Translations under genes and position numbers: made by a program | Source: Candidatus Obscuribacteraceae bacterium | Lineage (GTDB): Bacteria > Cyanobacteriota > Vampirovibrionia > Obscuribacterales > Obscuribacteraceae | Assembly (NCBI GenBank): GCA_044229845.1 | Contig: JBGASG010000005.1 | Coordinates: 96,001-160,000 of the forward strand | Reading direction: 5' to 3' | Length of the DNA stretch: 64,000 nucleotides | Notes under the pieces: generated by a model | What the model was told of the DNA's origin: nothing | Database searches by the model: none | Seen by the model: only the letters and a program-made list of their open reading frames with translations | In this document: positions 10,019 to 19,243 of the stretch, piece after piece | Layout of the letters: each line of letters begins with the position of its first letter | How positions within the stretch are numbered: position 1 is the first letter of the stretch

Positions 10019-10798
10019 ATGTCTGATGTAGCTGTGGATCTGTCCGGATTGACCGCATTGGTCACTGGCGGCACATCCGGCATAGGCTTGGCTACTGCTC
10101 AGCTGTTTCATCGGGCTGGTGCCAATGTTGTCATTGCCAGCCGTAGTAAAGGTCGCCTCGAGGAGGCGTTCAAAACATTTAGCGGCGACACCGCACGCCT
10201 TGATGGTTTGAGCGGCGATGTCTCCAGTGAAGGGCACGCCAAGCTTATGGTTAACGCCGCTATATCCAAATTTGGAGAGTTGAATATACTCGTGAACAGC
10301 GCCGGAGTTTTTCGCGGCGGATCGATATTTGAAATGGAAGAGGAAGATTTCCTCATCAACGTCGATGTCAATTTGAAAGGCACCTGGCTGATGTGCAAAT
10401 ACGCCTCGCGTCCCATGGCTGAAGCCGGCGGCGGGTCGATCGTCAATATATCCTCCTACCTGGCGATTCGCGCCAGCAAGCGCATTCCCACCAGCGCCTA
10501 TGCGGCATCGAAGGCCGGCATTCTCGGGTTGACCAGGTCACTGGCAGTCGAACTTGCACCACACAAAATCCGTGTCAACGCGGTATTGCCGGCGCTGATC
10601 AACACGCCGATGGTGGGCACTCTGGTGGCACCGGATGAGCTGGCAAAGCTGGAAGAACACACCAAACGCAATTATCCAATCGGCCGAGTCGGCGAACCGG
10701 AAGATGTGGCGAGCTGCATTCTCTTTCTCTGCAATCCGAAAAACACCTGGCTGACCGGTGAAGAGTTGACGATCGACGGTGGGCGCAGCGTCACCTGA
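10019..10798 (+). CDS. Short-chain dehydrogenase/reductase (SDR)
   Basis: TGGTSGIG, NSAG, YAASK, GEELTIDGG; GGAGG RBS before ATG 10019. Confidence 0.92.
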   Translation: MSDVAVDLSGLTALVTGGTSGIGLATAQLFHRAGANVVIASRSKGRLEEAFKTFSGDTARLDGLSGDVSSEGHAKLMVNAAISKFGELNILVNSAGVFRGGSIFEMEEEDFLINVDVNLKGTWLMCKYASRPMAEAGGGSIVNISSYLAIRASKRIPTSAYAASKAGILGLTRSLAVELAPHKIRVNAVLPALINTPMVGTLVAPDELAKLEEHTKRNYPIGRVGEPEDVASCILFLCNPKNTWLTGEELTIDGGRSVT

Positions 10799-13151
10799 CC
10801 AAAATCGAGTAAGTTTCCGGCGCCGGGCGGGTATAGAGACTACAGTCAGGAGCTCGGCTGTGGTTGATAAAACCCTGGTCCCCGAGGGGACCATTCTCGA
10901 AGAGCGATTCAAGATATTGCGCGAGATCGGGCGCGGCGGCATGGGCGCCGTGTATGTCGGCGAGCACGCGATCACCGGCAAGCGGCTTGCTATCAAAGTC
11001 ATGGGCGAAGCTGTTTCTTCAGACTCTGCTTACAAGCAGCGCTTTCTGCGCGAGGCAAAGCTGATGGCGCAGATGGACGACCCTCACATCGCGTCGGTGA
11101 GTGCCGTTGGTGCCTGGAATGACCGTCTTTATCTGGTCATGGATTACATTGAAGGACGCACTCTGCAAGCCGAGTTGAAGGAGCGCGGCGCTGTCAAAAT
11201 GGATGAGGCGCGTGTATGCGCGATTGCATCGCAAGTTTGTGATGCGCTTAGGCATGCACATCAAATCGGTATTGTGCATCGCGATCTCAAGCCTGGCAAC
11301 GTCATGCTCACCGACACCGCATCTGGTGTCAACGTCAAATTGCTGGATTTCGGTATTGCCGCCTGGCTTGATCGCGATGAGGCCGGGCGCATCACGCAGA
11401 CGGGCGAGGTTTTCGGCAGTCCATATTACATGAGCCCAGAGCAGTGCCAGGGCATGCGTCTGGATGGACGCAGCGACCTCTATTCGCTGGGCTGCATCAT
11501 GTACGAGATGCTTTCCGGACACACACCTTTTTCCGGCGATTCGTATTTCGAAGTTTTGTCGAAACAGATGGCCGTCGATCCCCCGCCTATCGAGGGCATT
11601 TCGCCAGGCATGCAGCAGGTCGTCAATCGCGCGATGACCAAAAATCCTGATCAACGCTATCCAGATGCCGCCGCTCTGCATGAAGATCTGCGCAAGGTCA
11701 TGGCAGGCGAAACCATATCGATCGAAAGATCCGGGAAGAAACAATCCCGATCCGCCGGCACCGCCAGGACGACTGGCAAGCGACGGCGCGTGATCACGTT
11801 GATAGCGGTGCCGGTGCTGCTCGCCGGCCTCGCGATTGCAGCCCATTACTTCCTGCAGGCACCGGTTGTCGAGCCGCCGTCGGCACCCGTCGTCAAAGTC
11901 TCTGACTCTGAGTCTGAACTGGCGGAAGCCATGGAGGGCTCAGGAGAAGTCGCTTCGATGAAGTTCTGCGGTCTCTTGCCCGAACCAAAACTGCCATTGC
12001 ATCGTAAAGCCATGGATATTATGGATGCTCGCGTCACGCTGCCGCTTGGAGATCCGGAGCGAACCGCATTTCTCGTCGAGGCTACCAGGCTGTTGAGAGA
12101 CGAACTCAACTCGCCGGACATGGCGAATGCCGGCAGTGAAGAACGCAACTTGATGCTGCATCGGCTGGCATTCTGGGATGCTCTCTTAATCTCGCATCAG
12201 CCTCGCAGTCGTCGCTCCGCTTTGTATAGGGAGGGGGATGAGGCGATCACCAAATCGGTTGAGTATGACAAGATGCTGGGATTGAAAGGGAAGGTTCGGC
12301 GGACCGAGATCCTCGCTTATCTCAGTCTTCAATATGGGCGCGAAATGCGAGACCTGCCTGCGCTAGAGCGATCCGAAAAGTTCTATGTCGAGGTGATTAA
12401 TTTGCTCAAGGAGCGCGAGCGGACTGCCGACGAAAGCGAAGTGTTTCAGCGGTGTTTGTCGAGACTCGAGGAAGTCAGAGATCGAATCCTCAACACCAAC
12501 AAACTGGTCAATCTGCAGAATTTCATAAAAGACCCAAAGGAAGACGAGATCGGGCACTTCGAACGGGCGATGTTTGCGGTGGGCGGCAAACTGATGCGCT
12601 GGCGCGAACTGGAACCGCGGCACCGGCGAGCCGCGTTTTTATTTTCACAATACCGATCTGCGGTTCGAAGTCCCCAGCAGAAAGAAGCAGACCTGAGTGA
12701 TGCACGCGAGTTTCTCCGCAAATTGATCGAGTCGGCAGAGCACGGTGATTTCAGTCCGCCGCTCAAAGTCGAAGAACTGGCGCTCATTCATTTACGTCGA
12801 GGTATTTGCGACATCGAGCTGGCTGGACTGGTTGAGGACTCGGGCAGGCGCGAGAAATACTATCGCCAGGCGGAACGCGATGTAAACAACTCCATCGACA
12901 CCTACCGAAAGGTCGTTCCTGATTATCGTGATTCATTCGAAGCTCGCTGGCGCCTTGGCTACGTGCATTATAAGTATGCGCTTTTTTCGAACGATCGCCG
13001 CGCGTACGAACAGGCGCGCAATGACTTTGTATTTGCGCTCAACAAGCTCAATGAGATGGGGAAGAAACAGCCGATTACCTCCGACGAGCAGCGTCTGGCT
13101 GACCGCCTGGAGAAGGCTGTCGAACTCATCGATAAGCGTATCGCTAAATAA
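10779..13151 (+). CDS. Membrane-anchored Hanks-type Ser/Thr kinase with helical C-terminal domain
   Basis: GRGGMG, AIK, HRDLKPGN, DFG, YMSPEQ, TM segment; true start probably near 10860. Confidence 0.9.
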   Translation: MGAASPDQNRVSFRRRAGIETTVRSSAVVDKTLVPEGTILEERFKILREIGRGGMGAVYVGEHAITGKRLAIKVMGEAVSSDSAYKQRFLREAKLMAQMDDPHIASVSAVGAWNDRLYLVMDYIEGRTLQAELKERGAVKMDEARVCAIASQVCDALRHAHQIGIVHRDLKPGNVMLTDTASGVNVKLLDFGIAAWLDRDEAGRITQTGEVFGSPYYMSPEQCQGMRLDGRSDLYSLGCIMYEMLSGHTPFSGDSYFEVLSKQMAVDPPPIEGISPGMQQVVNRAMTKNPDQRYPDAAALHEDLRKVMAGETISIERSGKKQSRSAGTARTTGKRRRVITLIAVPVLLAGLAIAAHYFLQAPVVEPPSAPVVKVSDSESELAEAMEGSGEVASMKFCGLLPEPKLPLHRKAMDIMDARVTLPLGDPERTAFLVEATRLLRDELNSPDMANAGSEERNLMLHRLAFWDALLISHQPRSRRSALYREGDEAITKSVEYDKMLGLKGKVRRTEILAYLSLQYGREMRDLPALERSEKFYVEVINLLKERERTADESEVFQRCLSRLEEVRDRILNTNKLVNLQNFIKDPKEDEIGHFERAMFAVGGKLMRWRELEPRHRRAAFLFSQYRSAVRSPQQKEADLSDAREFLRKLIESAEHGDFSPPLKVEELALIHLRRGICDIELAGLVEDSGRREKYYRQAERDVNNSIDTYRKVVPDYRDSFEARWRLGYVHYKYALFSNDRRAYEQARNDFVFALNKLNEMGKKQPITSDEQRLADRLEKAVELIDKRIAK

Positions 13152-13165
13152 AGCTGGTTGTCGCT

Positions 13166-14164
13166 TTAGCTTTTCGCCGGCGAGTTATTGAAGATCTCGT
13201 GGACGATCTCTTCGGCTGCTGTGTGCGGGTCGCCCTTCTGATGCAAGAGATCGGTGAGGACCGAACGCAGTTCTGATGAGCTTTCCAGCGAACTGTCCAG
13301 GTTGTTGCGCGCCAGTTCGGCAACCAGCTCAGAAAGTTCAGCCTGCATCTTCATGCGCCGGCGGTCTAGTTTGGTGTCTGATTCTTCCAGATACCGGCCG
13401 TGGTGCTGAATCTTTTCCCAGAGTTCCGCAATGCCTTCGTTGTTCTCGGCGATCGTCATCAGAACGGGCGGCTTCCACGGGCAGTGACACTCGGTTTTCG
13501 AATGGCTCAGCTCCATGGTTTGCATGATCTCGGAAGCAGTCTTATTGGCGCCCGGCAGATCGGCTTTGTTGATCACGAACACATCGCCGATTTCCATGAT
13601 GCCCGATTTGATCGCCTGCACGTCATCGCCTGAGCCAGGCATCAAAACAAGAACGGTTGTGTCCGCTGTTTTGGCAATCGCCAGTTCAGACTGACCGACG
13701 CCGACGGTTTCGATAATCACCACCTCGCAGCCGTAGGCTTCCATCATGCGAATGGCGTCGTACGTCGCCAGCGCAATGCCGCCTGCGTGACCTCGATTGG
13801 CCATCGAGCGGATAAAGACGTTCTTATCTAAGGCGTGTCCTTGCATGCGTATGCGGTCGCCGAGGATGGCACCACCAGTAAATGGACTGGTGGGGTCTAT
13901 GGCTATCACGCCGACCTTTTTGCCCTGGTCGCGAATCTCGGCGATCAAAGCATCTACTAAGGTAGACTTTCCGACCCCTGGCGAGCCGGTAATGCCTATC
14001 AGGTGGGCTTTTCCGGTGTCCGGGAATAATTTGCGGACGAGCCAGGAAGCAGCCGGTCCGCCATCCTCTACGATGCTCAGCGCACGCGCCAGAGCGCGTT
14101 TGTTACCCGCCTTCAGTTGCTCTGCTATGTCTTCGAGACTAAACTTCAATGTTGGAGACGCCAA
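13166..14164 (-). CDS. meaB: MeaB/ArgK family GTPase (B12-dependent mutase chaperone)
   Basis: GITGSPGVGKST, DPTSPFTGGAILGDRIRM, ETVGVGQSE, NKAD. Confidence 0.93.
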   Translation of the reverse strand: MASPTLKFSLEDIAEQLKAGNKRALARALSIVEDGGPAASWLVRKLFPDTGKAHLIGITGSPGVGKSTLVDALIAEIRDQGKKVGVIAIDPTSPFTGGAILGDRIRMQGHALDKNVFIRSMANRGHAGGIALATYDAIRMMEAYGCEVVIIETVGVGQSELAIAKTADTTVLVLMPGSGDDVQAIKSGIMEIGDVFVINKADLPGANKTASEIMQTMELSHSKTECHCPWKPPVLMTIAENNEGIAELWEKIQHHGRYLEESDTKLDRRRMKMQAELSELVAELARNNLDSSLESSSELRSVLTDLLHQKGDPHTAAEEIVHEIFNNSPAKS

Positions 14165-14287
14165 GTTCTGTAAACCTCAATTGCGCCCAATCTTATCAGT
14201 CCGCAGCGGGCACGGAACACATGGGGAACATCAAAAGGTACAGCGAGTCGTTAGACCTGTGAACCCTTTTTTGTCGGGAGTTTACTA

Positions 14288-15037
14288 ATGCTTCCTTTTA
14301 GATACTCGGTTGCGGCCCTTGCCTTGTTCGTCGGCGCGGTTGCGACCACACCTGCCTGTCTGGCGCGTGGCAACGACTTGATCATCAAGACCGGCAAGGG
14401 CGAAGAGATAAACATACAAAACGGCTTCTTCGGCACTAAGAAGAAGGTCGTCAAGGATCGATTCGGCGATAAGTACGAGAGCAAGAAAGGGTGGTTCGGC
14501 AGCAAGGAGCAACAAGCTTCGGTGCTGGGCAACAGCTTCTCGCGCAAGAAAGGTATTCTTGGCGGAACCGAAATTCAGGGCAGCACCATACTTGGTGACT
14601 CGATCAAAACCAAAAAAGGTATCTTCGGTCGTCGCACCACAGAGATTGACGCCAGTGGTGTCACCAATCTCGTTCAGGGCTTCATCGGCAAAGCGAAAAA
14701 CGGTCAGTCTCCGTTAGCCGGATTGGGCGGCGGGCTCGGCTTCGGCGGCATGGGCATGGGAAGCAACATGGCGCCCGGAGCACCAAATGCCGACCCCAAG
14801 AATTTTGATCTCGACAATTTCGACCTCAACAAGGGCTTGCCCAAGGATTTCGGTAACCCTGCCGGTGGTGGCGCGCCAAATCAGGGCTTTCAGCCGCAAG
14901 GACTGCAGGCGCAGCCGCAAAGCTTCGGCGCCCCCAACCCCAACTACGGCTGGCAGGCGGCCCCTGGTGGACCGATTCCGGACGGCAATTCATTGCCCGA
15001 AGTGCCACCGCGCATGCCCGGGGATCAACAACCATAG
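14288..15037 (+). CDS. Secreted hypothetical protein with KKG-x-(F/L)G repeats and Pro/Gly/Gln-rich tail
   Basis: Signal peptide; four repeats of about 20 aa; GGAG RBS. Confidence 0.75.
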   Translation: MLPFRYSVAALALFVGAVATTPACLARGNDLIIKTGKGEEINIQNGFFGTKKKVVKDRFGDKYESKKGWFGSKEQQASVLGNSFSRKKGILGGTEIQGSTILGDSIKTKKGIFGRRTTEIDASGVTNLVQGFIGKAKNGQSPLAGLGGGLGFGGMGMGSNMAPGAPNADPKNFDLDNFDLNKGLPKDFGNPAGGGAPNQGFQPQGLQAQPQSFGAPNPNYGWQAAPGGPIPDGNSLPEVPPRMPGDQQP

Positions 15038-15216
15038 CCTGGCTTCCCACCAGGGTTGTCAAAGGTTGCGATAACTCATCATTTTCAAGGCAAAAAGATG
15101 GGTTATCGCGACCTCTAACTCGAAGGCGGTGAAAGAAACGAGCGAGGCGTGAAACCTCGCTCGCTGCGTTTGCTAACTTGTTTGGGCGGTGCGTGTGACG
15201 ACGCATCGTCTTGTTT

Positions 15217-15720
15217 CTAGGTCTTGCCCTTCAAAATCTTCTTCCAGCCGGTGTCCTTGCTAGTGGCACCACTGCTCGACGATGCGGCTGCCGGCTGTTG
15301 TTGCTGCTGCGAGCCGTTCTTGTTCTCGCGTTCGAGGTCGGTGAGCATGATGGCCAGCAGGTCGCGTTCGGACTGGCAGGACTTGAGCTGGTGCTGGAGG
15401 TCGGCGATGGACGCCTTCATTTCCTCCATCTCCATGAGTTTCGCGCTGAGAGTCGACGCGATGCGCGACAACTCTTGATGCAGATACTTGTTTTCGCGGG
15501 TCTTGTCGGCCAGCAACTGGCACTGGTTGTCGTGTTCCTGTTGCAGGTCTTCGTTATCCCGCGCGACGCGTTCGAGATCGCGCAACTGCGCGGAGACCGT
15601 GATCTGGCGCTCCTGCGACTGCAAGAGCGTTTCTTGCAACTCAAGAAGCTTTTCGATCAGTGTGTTGAGGTCCCACTGACGACCCGTAACGGGGTTTGTA
15701 AGTTTATTCCCCTCTGCCAT
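15217..15720 (-). CDS. Coiled-coil hypothetical protein
   Basis: Long heptad-rich E/Q/L sequence; alternative GTG start at 15735. Confidence 0.7.
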   Translation of the reverse strand: MAEGNKLTNPVTGRQWDLNTLIEKLLELQETLLQSQERQITVSAQLRDLERVARDNEDLQQEHDNQCQLLADKTRENKYLHQELSRIASTLSAKLMEMEEMKASIADLQHQLKSCQSERDLLAIMLTDLERENKNGSQQQQQPAAASSSSGATSKDTGWKKILKGKT

Positions 15721-15840
15721 TTGCCACGATTTCACAGCCTTGCCGTCGACAGTTAATATTCCCTTTTGGCGCCCCCTTCAATCGATCAGCGGGCGCCGAA
15801 ACTGTTTAAGATCGCTCTGAGAGCTGAACAGGAAACACCT

Positions 15841-16950
15841 ATGGCTGGGGCGAAACAGTTGATTGTGCGGGGCGGACAGGTGCTGACGCCCCTGGAAGAA
15901 CGGCTGACCGATATCCTCGTTAAAGACGGGCAGATTGCCAGGATCGGCGACGTGGGTGAGGTCTCTGGTGCCGAGATTGTCGATGCCGGCGGGTGTTTCG
16001 TCACCCCGGGGCTGTTCGACCTGCAGGTAAATGGCGGGCCCGAAGTCGATTTCTGGGGCGAGCTGGAAACAACCGCCGTCGCCAAATTCACCAAAACCAT
16101 GGCTGCGGCGGGCGTGACGGCGTTTCTTCCGACGATAATCACCGGCGACCTCGACGGAATGCGGAAGAACGTCGAGTTTCTTAAATCCCAGGGCGCGACC
16201 AATGGCTCGAAAGGTAAATCAGGTGAGGAATTCTGGGCGCGCATGCCCGGCGTGCACTTAGAAGGACCATGCCTTTCCCCGGCGAAACCAGGTGTCCATC
16301 CGCCTCAGCACCTGCAACCGCTGACGACGGATGTAATCAACCAGCTTGCAGACAAGACTGTGCGCCTGATTACGCTCGCTCCCGAGCTTGATCCGTCCGG
16401 CGCCTGCCTCAAACTCCTGCACGACAAGGGCATCACGGTGGCACTGGGGCATTCCGACGCCACTTTCGAGGAGGCGCAAAAGGCTTTTGGACAGGGCGTC
16501 CACATGATGACGCACACCTTCAACGCTCTGCCCGGATTGCATCATCGCAAGCCTGGTGCGGTGATGGCGGCGTTGCTCGATGATGCGGTCTTCTGCTGCA
16601 TGATCTGCGACGGCAAGCATCTCGACCCGGCCGCTGCGCAACTGATCTTCAAAACGAAGGGCGTCGAGCACACGATTCTGGTCACCGACATCGCGCATAT
16701 CGGCACCACCGGAGGAGGATTGGTCGGTTCATCCATTCTTCTGGACGAAGCGGTGCGCAACGTGGTCAACTGGGGCATCGCTTCTTTCCGCGATGCTGTC
16801 GTAATGGCATCGTTCAACCCGGCAAAAGCGATGGGACTGGACGACAGCTTCGGTCAGCTGGCGCCCGGTCGCCATGCGGATTTCGTCCTCTGGGATCAGA
16901 AGACTCTCGCCATCCGCAAGGTATTCGTCGGCGGTAGATTGGTGAAGTAG
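15841..16950 (+). CDS. nagA: N-acetylglucosamine-6-phosphate deacetylase
   Basis: PGLFDLQVNG, GVHLEGP, TLAPE, GHSDA, THTFNA, DGKH, NPA. Confidence 0.88.
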   Translation: MAGAKQLIVRGGQVLTPLEERLTDILVKDGQIARIGDVGEVSGAEIVDAGGCFVTPGLFDLQVNGGPEVDFWGELETTAVAKFTKTMAAAGVTAFLPTIITGDLDGMRKNVEFLKSQGATNGSKGKSGEEFWARMPGVHLEGPCLSPAKPGVHPPQHLQPLTTDVINQLADKTVRLITLAPELDPSGACLKLLHDKGITVALGHSDATFEEAQKAFGQGVHMMTHTFNALPGLHHRKPGAVMAALLDDAVFCCMICDGKHLDPAAAQLIFKTKGVEHTILVTDIAHIGTTGGGLVGSSILLDEAVRNVVNWGIASFRDAVVMASFNPAKAMGLDDSFGQLAPGRHADFVLWDQKTLAIRKVFVGGRLVK

Positions 16951-17004
16951 GATGCCGGGGTGCCACTAAAAGTGGTGCCACGTCAAGCGTTGTTTCGTGG
17001 CAGG

Positions 17005-17559
17005 CTAATCGAGCTTCAAGGGGAAGTCGGCGCCTGTACGCTCCTTGAATTGAGTGTTCCAGCGTTTTTCGATTTTCTCGCCGGTCAGCTGCTCGATTGC
17101 TTCCTCCAGCTTGGCCGCCAGATCCGCCGGATTTGAGATGCCCCGCACGGACTCCCCCCTGCGGGCGCGGTTCGGGTTGCGGTACGCAACCTCGAGCAGC
17201 CGTTTTTTTTTGTCCAACTTGTGTACTCCTTTCAGATCGATACTGAATATTTGTTTCGCGTCACTTAACAAGAGTAAACGCTGGTCAGTCAGTACATATC
17301 GCTTTCTTTTGGCAGTCAGAAATGTCACTGACAACAGTGCCAGTGTTCCGATCAGGGTGTAACCTGCAACTGCCCACCACAGCCAACCCTCCGGCGTGGG
17401 AGAGAATTTGGCGATCAGAAATGCGAGGATAGCGGCGATCCAGATGAGGTCCTCGAGGTGCGACATGGCGTAATGGAAGGGGGCGGGTTTTTCCGACCAG
17501 AGGATCTTTTCGTTTTCTCGCAACGGGAAACCATTACCGTCATTGTCTATCAAGTCCAC
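17005..17559 (-). CDS. Two-TM membrane protein with bacterial PH-like domain
   Basis: ENEKILW..P, two TM helices, YVLTDQRLL. Confidence 0.65.
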   Translation of the reverse strand: MDLIDNDGNGFPLRENEKILWSEKPAPFHYAMSHLEDLIWIAAILAFLIAKFSPTPEGWLWWAVAGYTLIGTLALLSVTFLTAKRKRYVLTDQRLLLLSDAKQIFSIDLKGVHKLDKKKRLLEVAYRNPNRARRGESVRGISNPADLAAKLEEAIEQLTGEKIEKRWNTQFKERTGADFPLKLD

Positions 17560-17624
17560 GTCAATTCAATCCTGTGTGATGAATGGAGGGTGCTAGGATC
17601 TTACCCGCCACAGAGAATTTGCCC

Positions 17625-18131
17625 ATGAAACTACCCAGTCATGAATTTCTCGATCGTCTCGGCATCGAGTACGAAACGTTGGAGTTCCCCGACACCACGG
17701 AGAAAGGCGCCGCCAATGTGGCGAAGGCGCTCAATCTCCTCGAACATCAATGCGTGAAGACGCTGATTTTTCAGGTCGACACAGGCGAGCGTTCGTTGAT
17801 CATGGTGGGCGGGGACGAAACGGCTATATCGGGGCACCTGAAGAAAGTTCTCGGTTCCCGCAATATTTCGCTCGCGCATCCCGACCACGTCAAGGAAGTG
17901 ACCGGATATGTGATCGGCTCGGTGCCGCCGTTTCACTGGCAACCGGAAGGCTTTCGCTCGTTTGTCGATGCGTCGCTCATGGAACACGACATTCTCGGTG
18001 TCGGCGCCGGAGTCTGGGGTAACGAAATTTTGATCACGCCTGCCAATCTGGTCAAGGCGAGCAATGCGCAAGTGGTCAATCTAACGCGCCGCGAGGAGCC
18101 GATCTTTGTAGTAGGCGAGGCGGCGCACTAG
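17625..18131 (+). CDS. YbaK/EbsC family aminoacyl-tRNA deacylase
   Basis: VKTLI, TGYVIGSVPPF, VGAG. Confidence 0.88.
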   Translation: MKLPSHEFLDRLGIEYETLEFPDTTEKGAANVAKALNLLEHQCVKTLIFQVDTGERSLIMVGGDETAISGHLKKVLGSRNISLAHPDHVKEVTGYVIGSVPPFHWQPEGFRSFVDASLMEHDILGVGAGVWGNEILITPANLVKASNAQVVNLTRREEPIFVVGEAAH

Positions 18132-18151
18132 TCACAGGCGGCGCGCGTTAG

Positions 18152-19123
18152 TTAAACGTGCACGCTTTCCGTATGCGGTGCGATGTCCAGCACCAGGTCG
18201 GCGGCGCCGACCAGACCGGCGGCTTCACCGAGCACCGAGCGATGTATCTTCAGTCCGTCGCGCACGCGCGGCAAAGTGCGCTCCGACACCAGTTCGTGCA
18301 GCTGTTCGAAATTGACGAACTTCGACATGCCGCCTGTGACCACGACCACGTCGGGGTCGAGGGTGTTGGCCAGCGAGGCGATGCCGACTGAGATGTGCAT
18401 ATGGTAGAGATCAACCGCTTTAATGGCCAGCGCATCACCGGCGGTGGCGGCGTCGACGATGTCTTGCGTCCAGATGGTCTCACGTTTTTCATAAAGACTG
18501 GATTCGCCCGGTTTGCTTGACGCCAGCAATTCTTTGGCGGTGGTCACCAGACCGCGACCGGCGCCATATTCTTCCCAGCAGTCCCACAATCCGCATGTGC
18601 AGTGGCGTTTGTTGTCCATAGAGATCTTGATGTGTCCGACTTCACCAGCGGCGAAGTGATCGCCGCGATACATGCGTCCGCCGATCACGATACCGCCCCC
18701 GATACCGGTGCCCAGGGTCACGGCCAGCACGCAATGGCTGTTGTCCAGCCCGAGCGCCTTGTATTCGCCGTAGGCGGCGGCGTTGGCGTCGTTCTCCACG
18801 TGCAGGGGAATGTTCAGCTGCGCCTCGATCATTTTCTTCACGGGCGTGCCTTCCCAGCCAGGCAGGTTGCCAGTCGAGCCTATGACTTCTCCGGTGTCCG
18901 GATTGACGATGCCGGCGGTGGCGATGCCGACGCCGATGATTGTTTGATGGTCCGCTTTGAAATCCTCGATCATCTCGACGAGCGAGCGGATGATGTTGTC
19001 GGCTCCTTTGGGCGTGGGACGTCGCTTCTGCTCGCCCATCAGGTGATGGGCCTTGACCATGGCGCCGCTGATTTTAGTGCCGCCTAAATCTATGCCGAGA
19101 ACCGGTATTTGATACTTGTCCAC
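18152..19123 (-). CDS. ROK family sugar kinase
   Basis: GIDLGGTK, ENDANAAAYGE, TLGTGIGGG, GEVGH, CTCG..DCWE; no N-terminal HTH. Confidence 0.92.
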   Translation of the reverse strand: MDKYQIPVLGIDLGGTKISGAMVKAHHLMGEQKRRPTPKGADNIIRSLVEMIEDFKADHQTIIGVGIATAGIVNPDTGEVIGSTGNLPGWEGTPVKKMIEAQLNIPLHVENDANAAAYGEYKALGLDNSHCVLAVTLGTGIGGGIVIGGRMYRGDHFAAGEVGHIKISMDNKRHCTCGLWDCWEEYGAGRGLVTTAKELLASSKPGESSLYEKRETIWTQDIVDAATAGDALAIKAVDLYHMHISVGIASLANTLDPDVVVVTGGMSKFVNFEQLHELVSERTLPRVRDGLKIHRSVLGEAAGLVGAADLVLDIAPHTESVHV

Positions 19124-19243
19124 CTGACTGCTCCACTTTTGCGCCGGAGGCTAAGTTTCGCACGTCTGACCGTGCGGCTCAACCCGCGTGTAACCACGCA
19201 TGTAACCAAGAGGATTGCCGACCGGTTCCGGTCGTCCTGCGGT

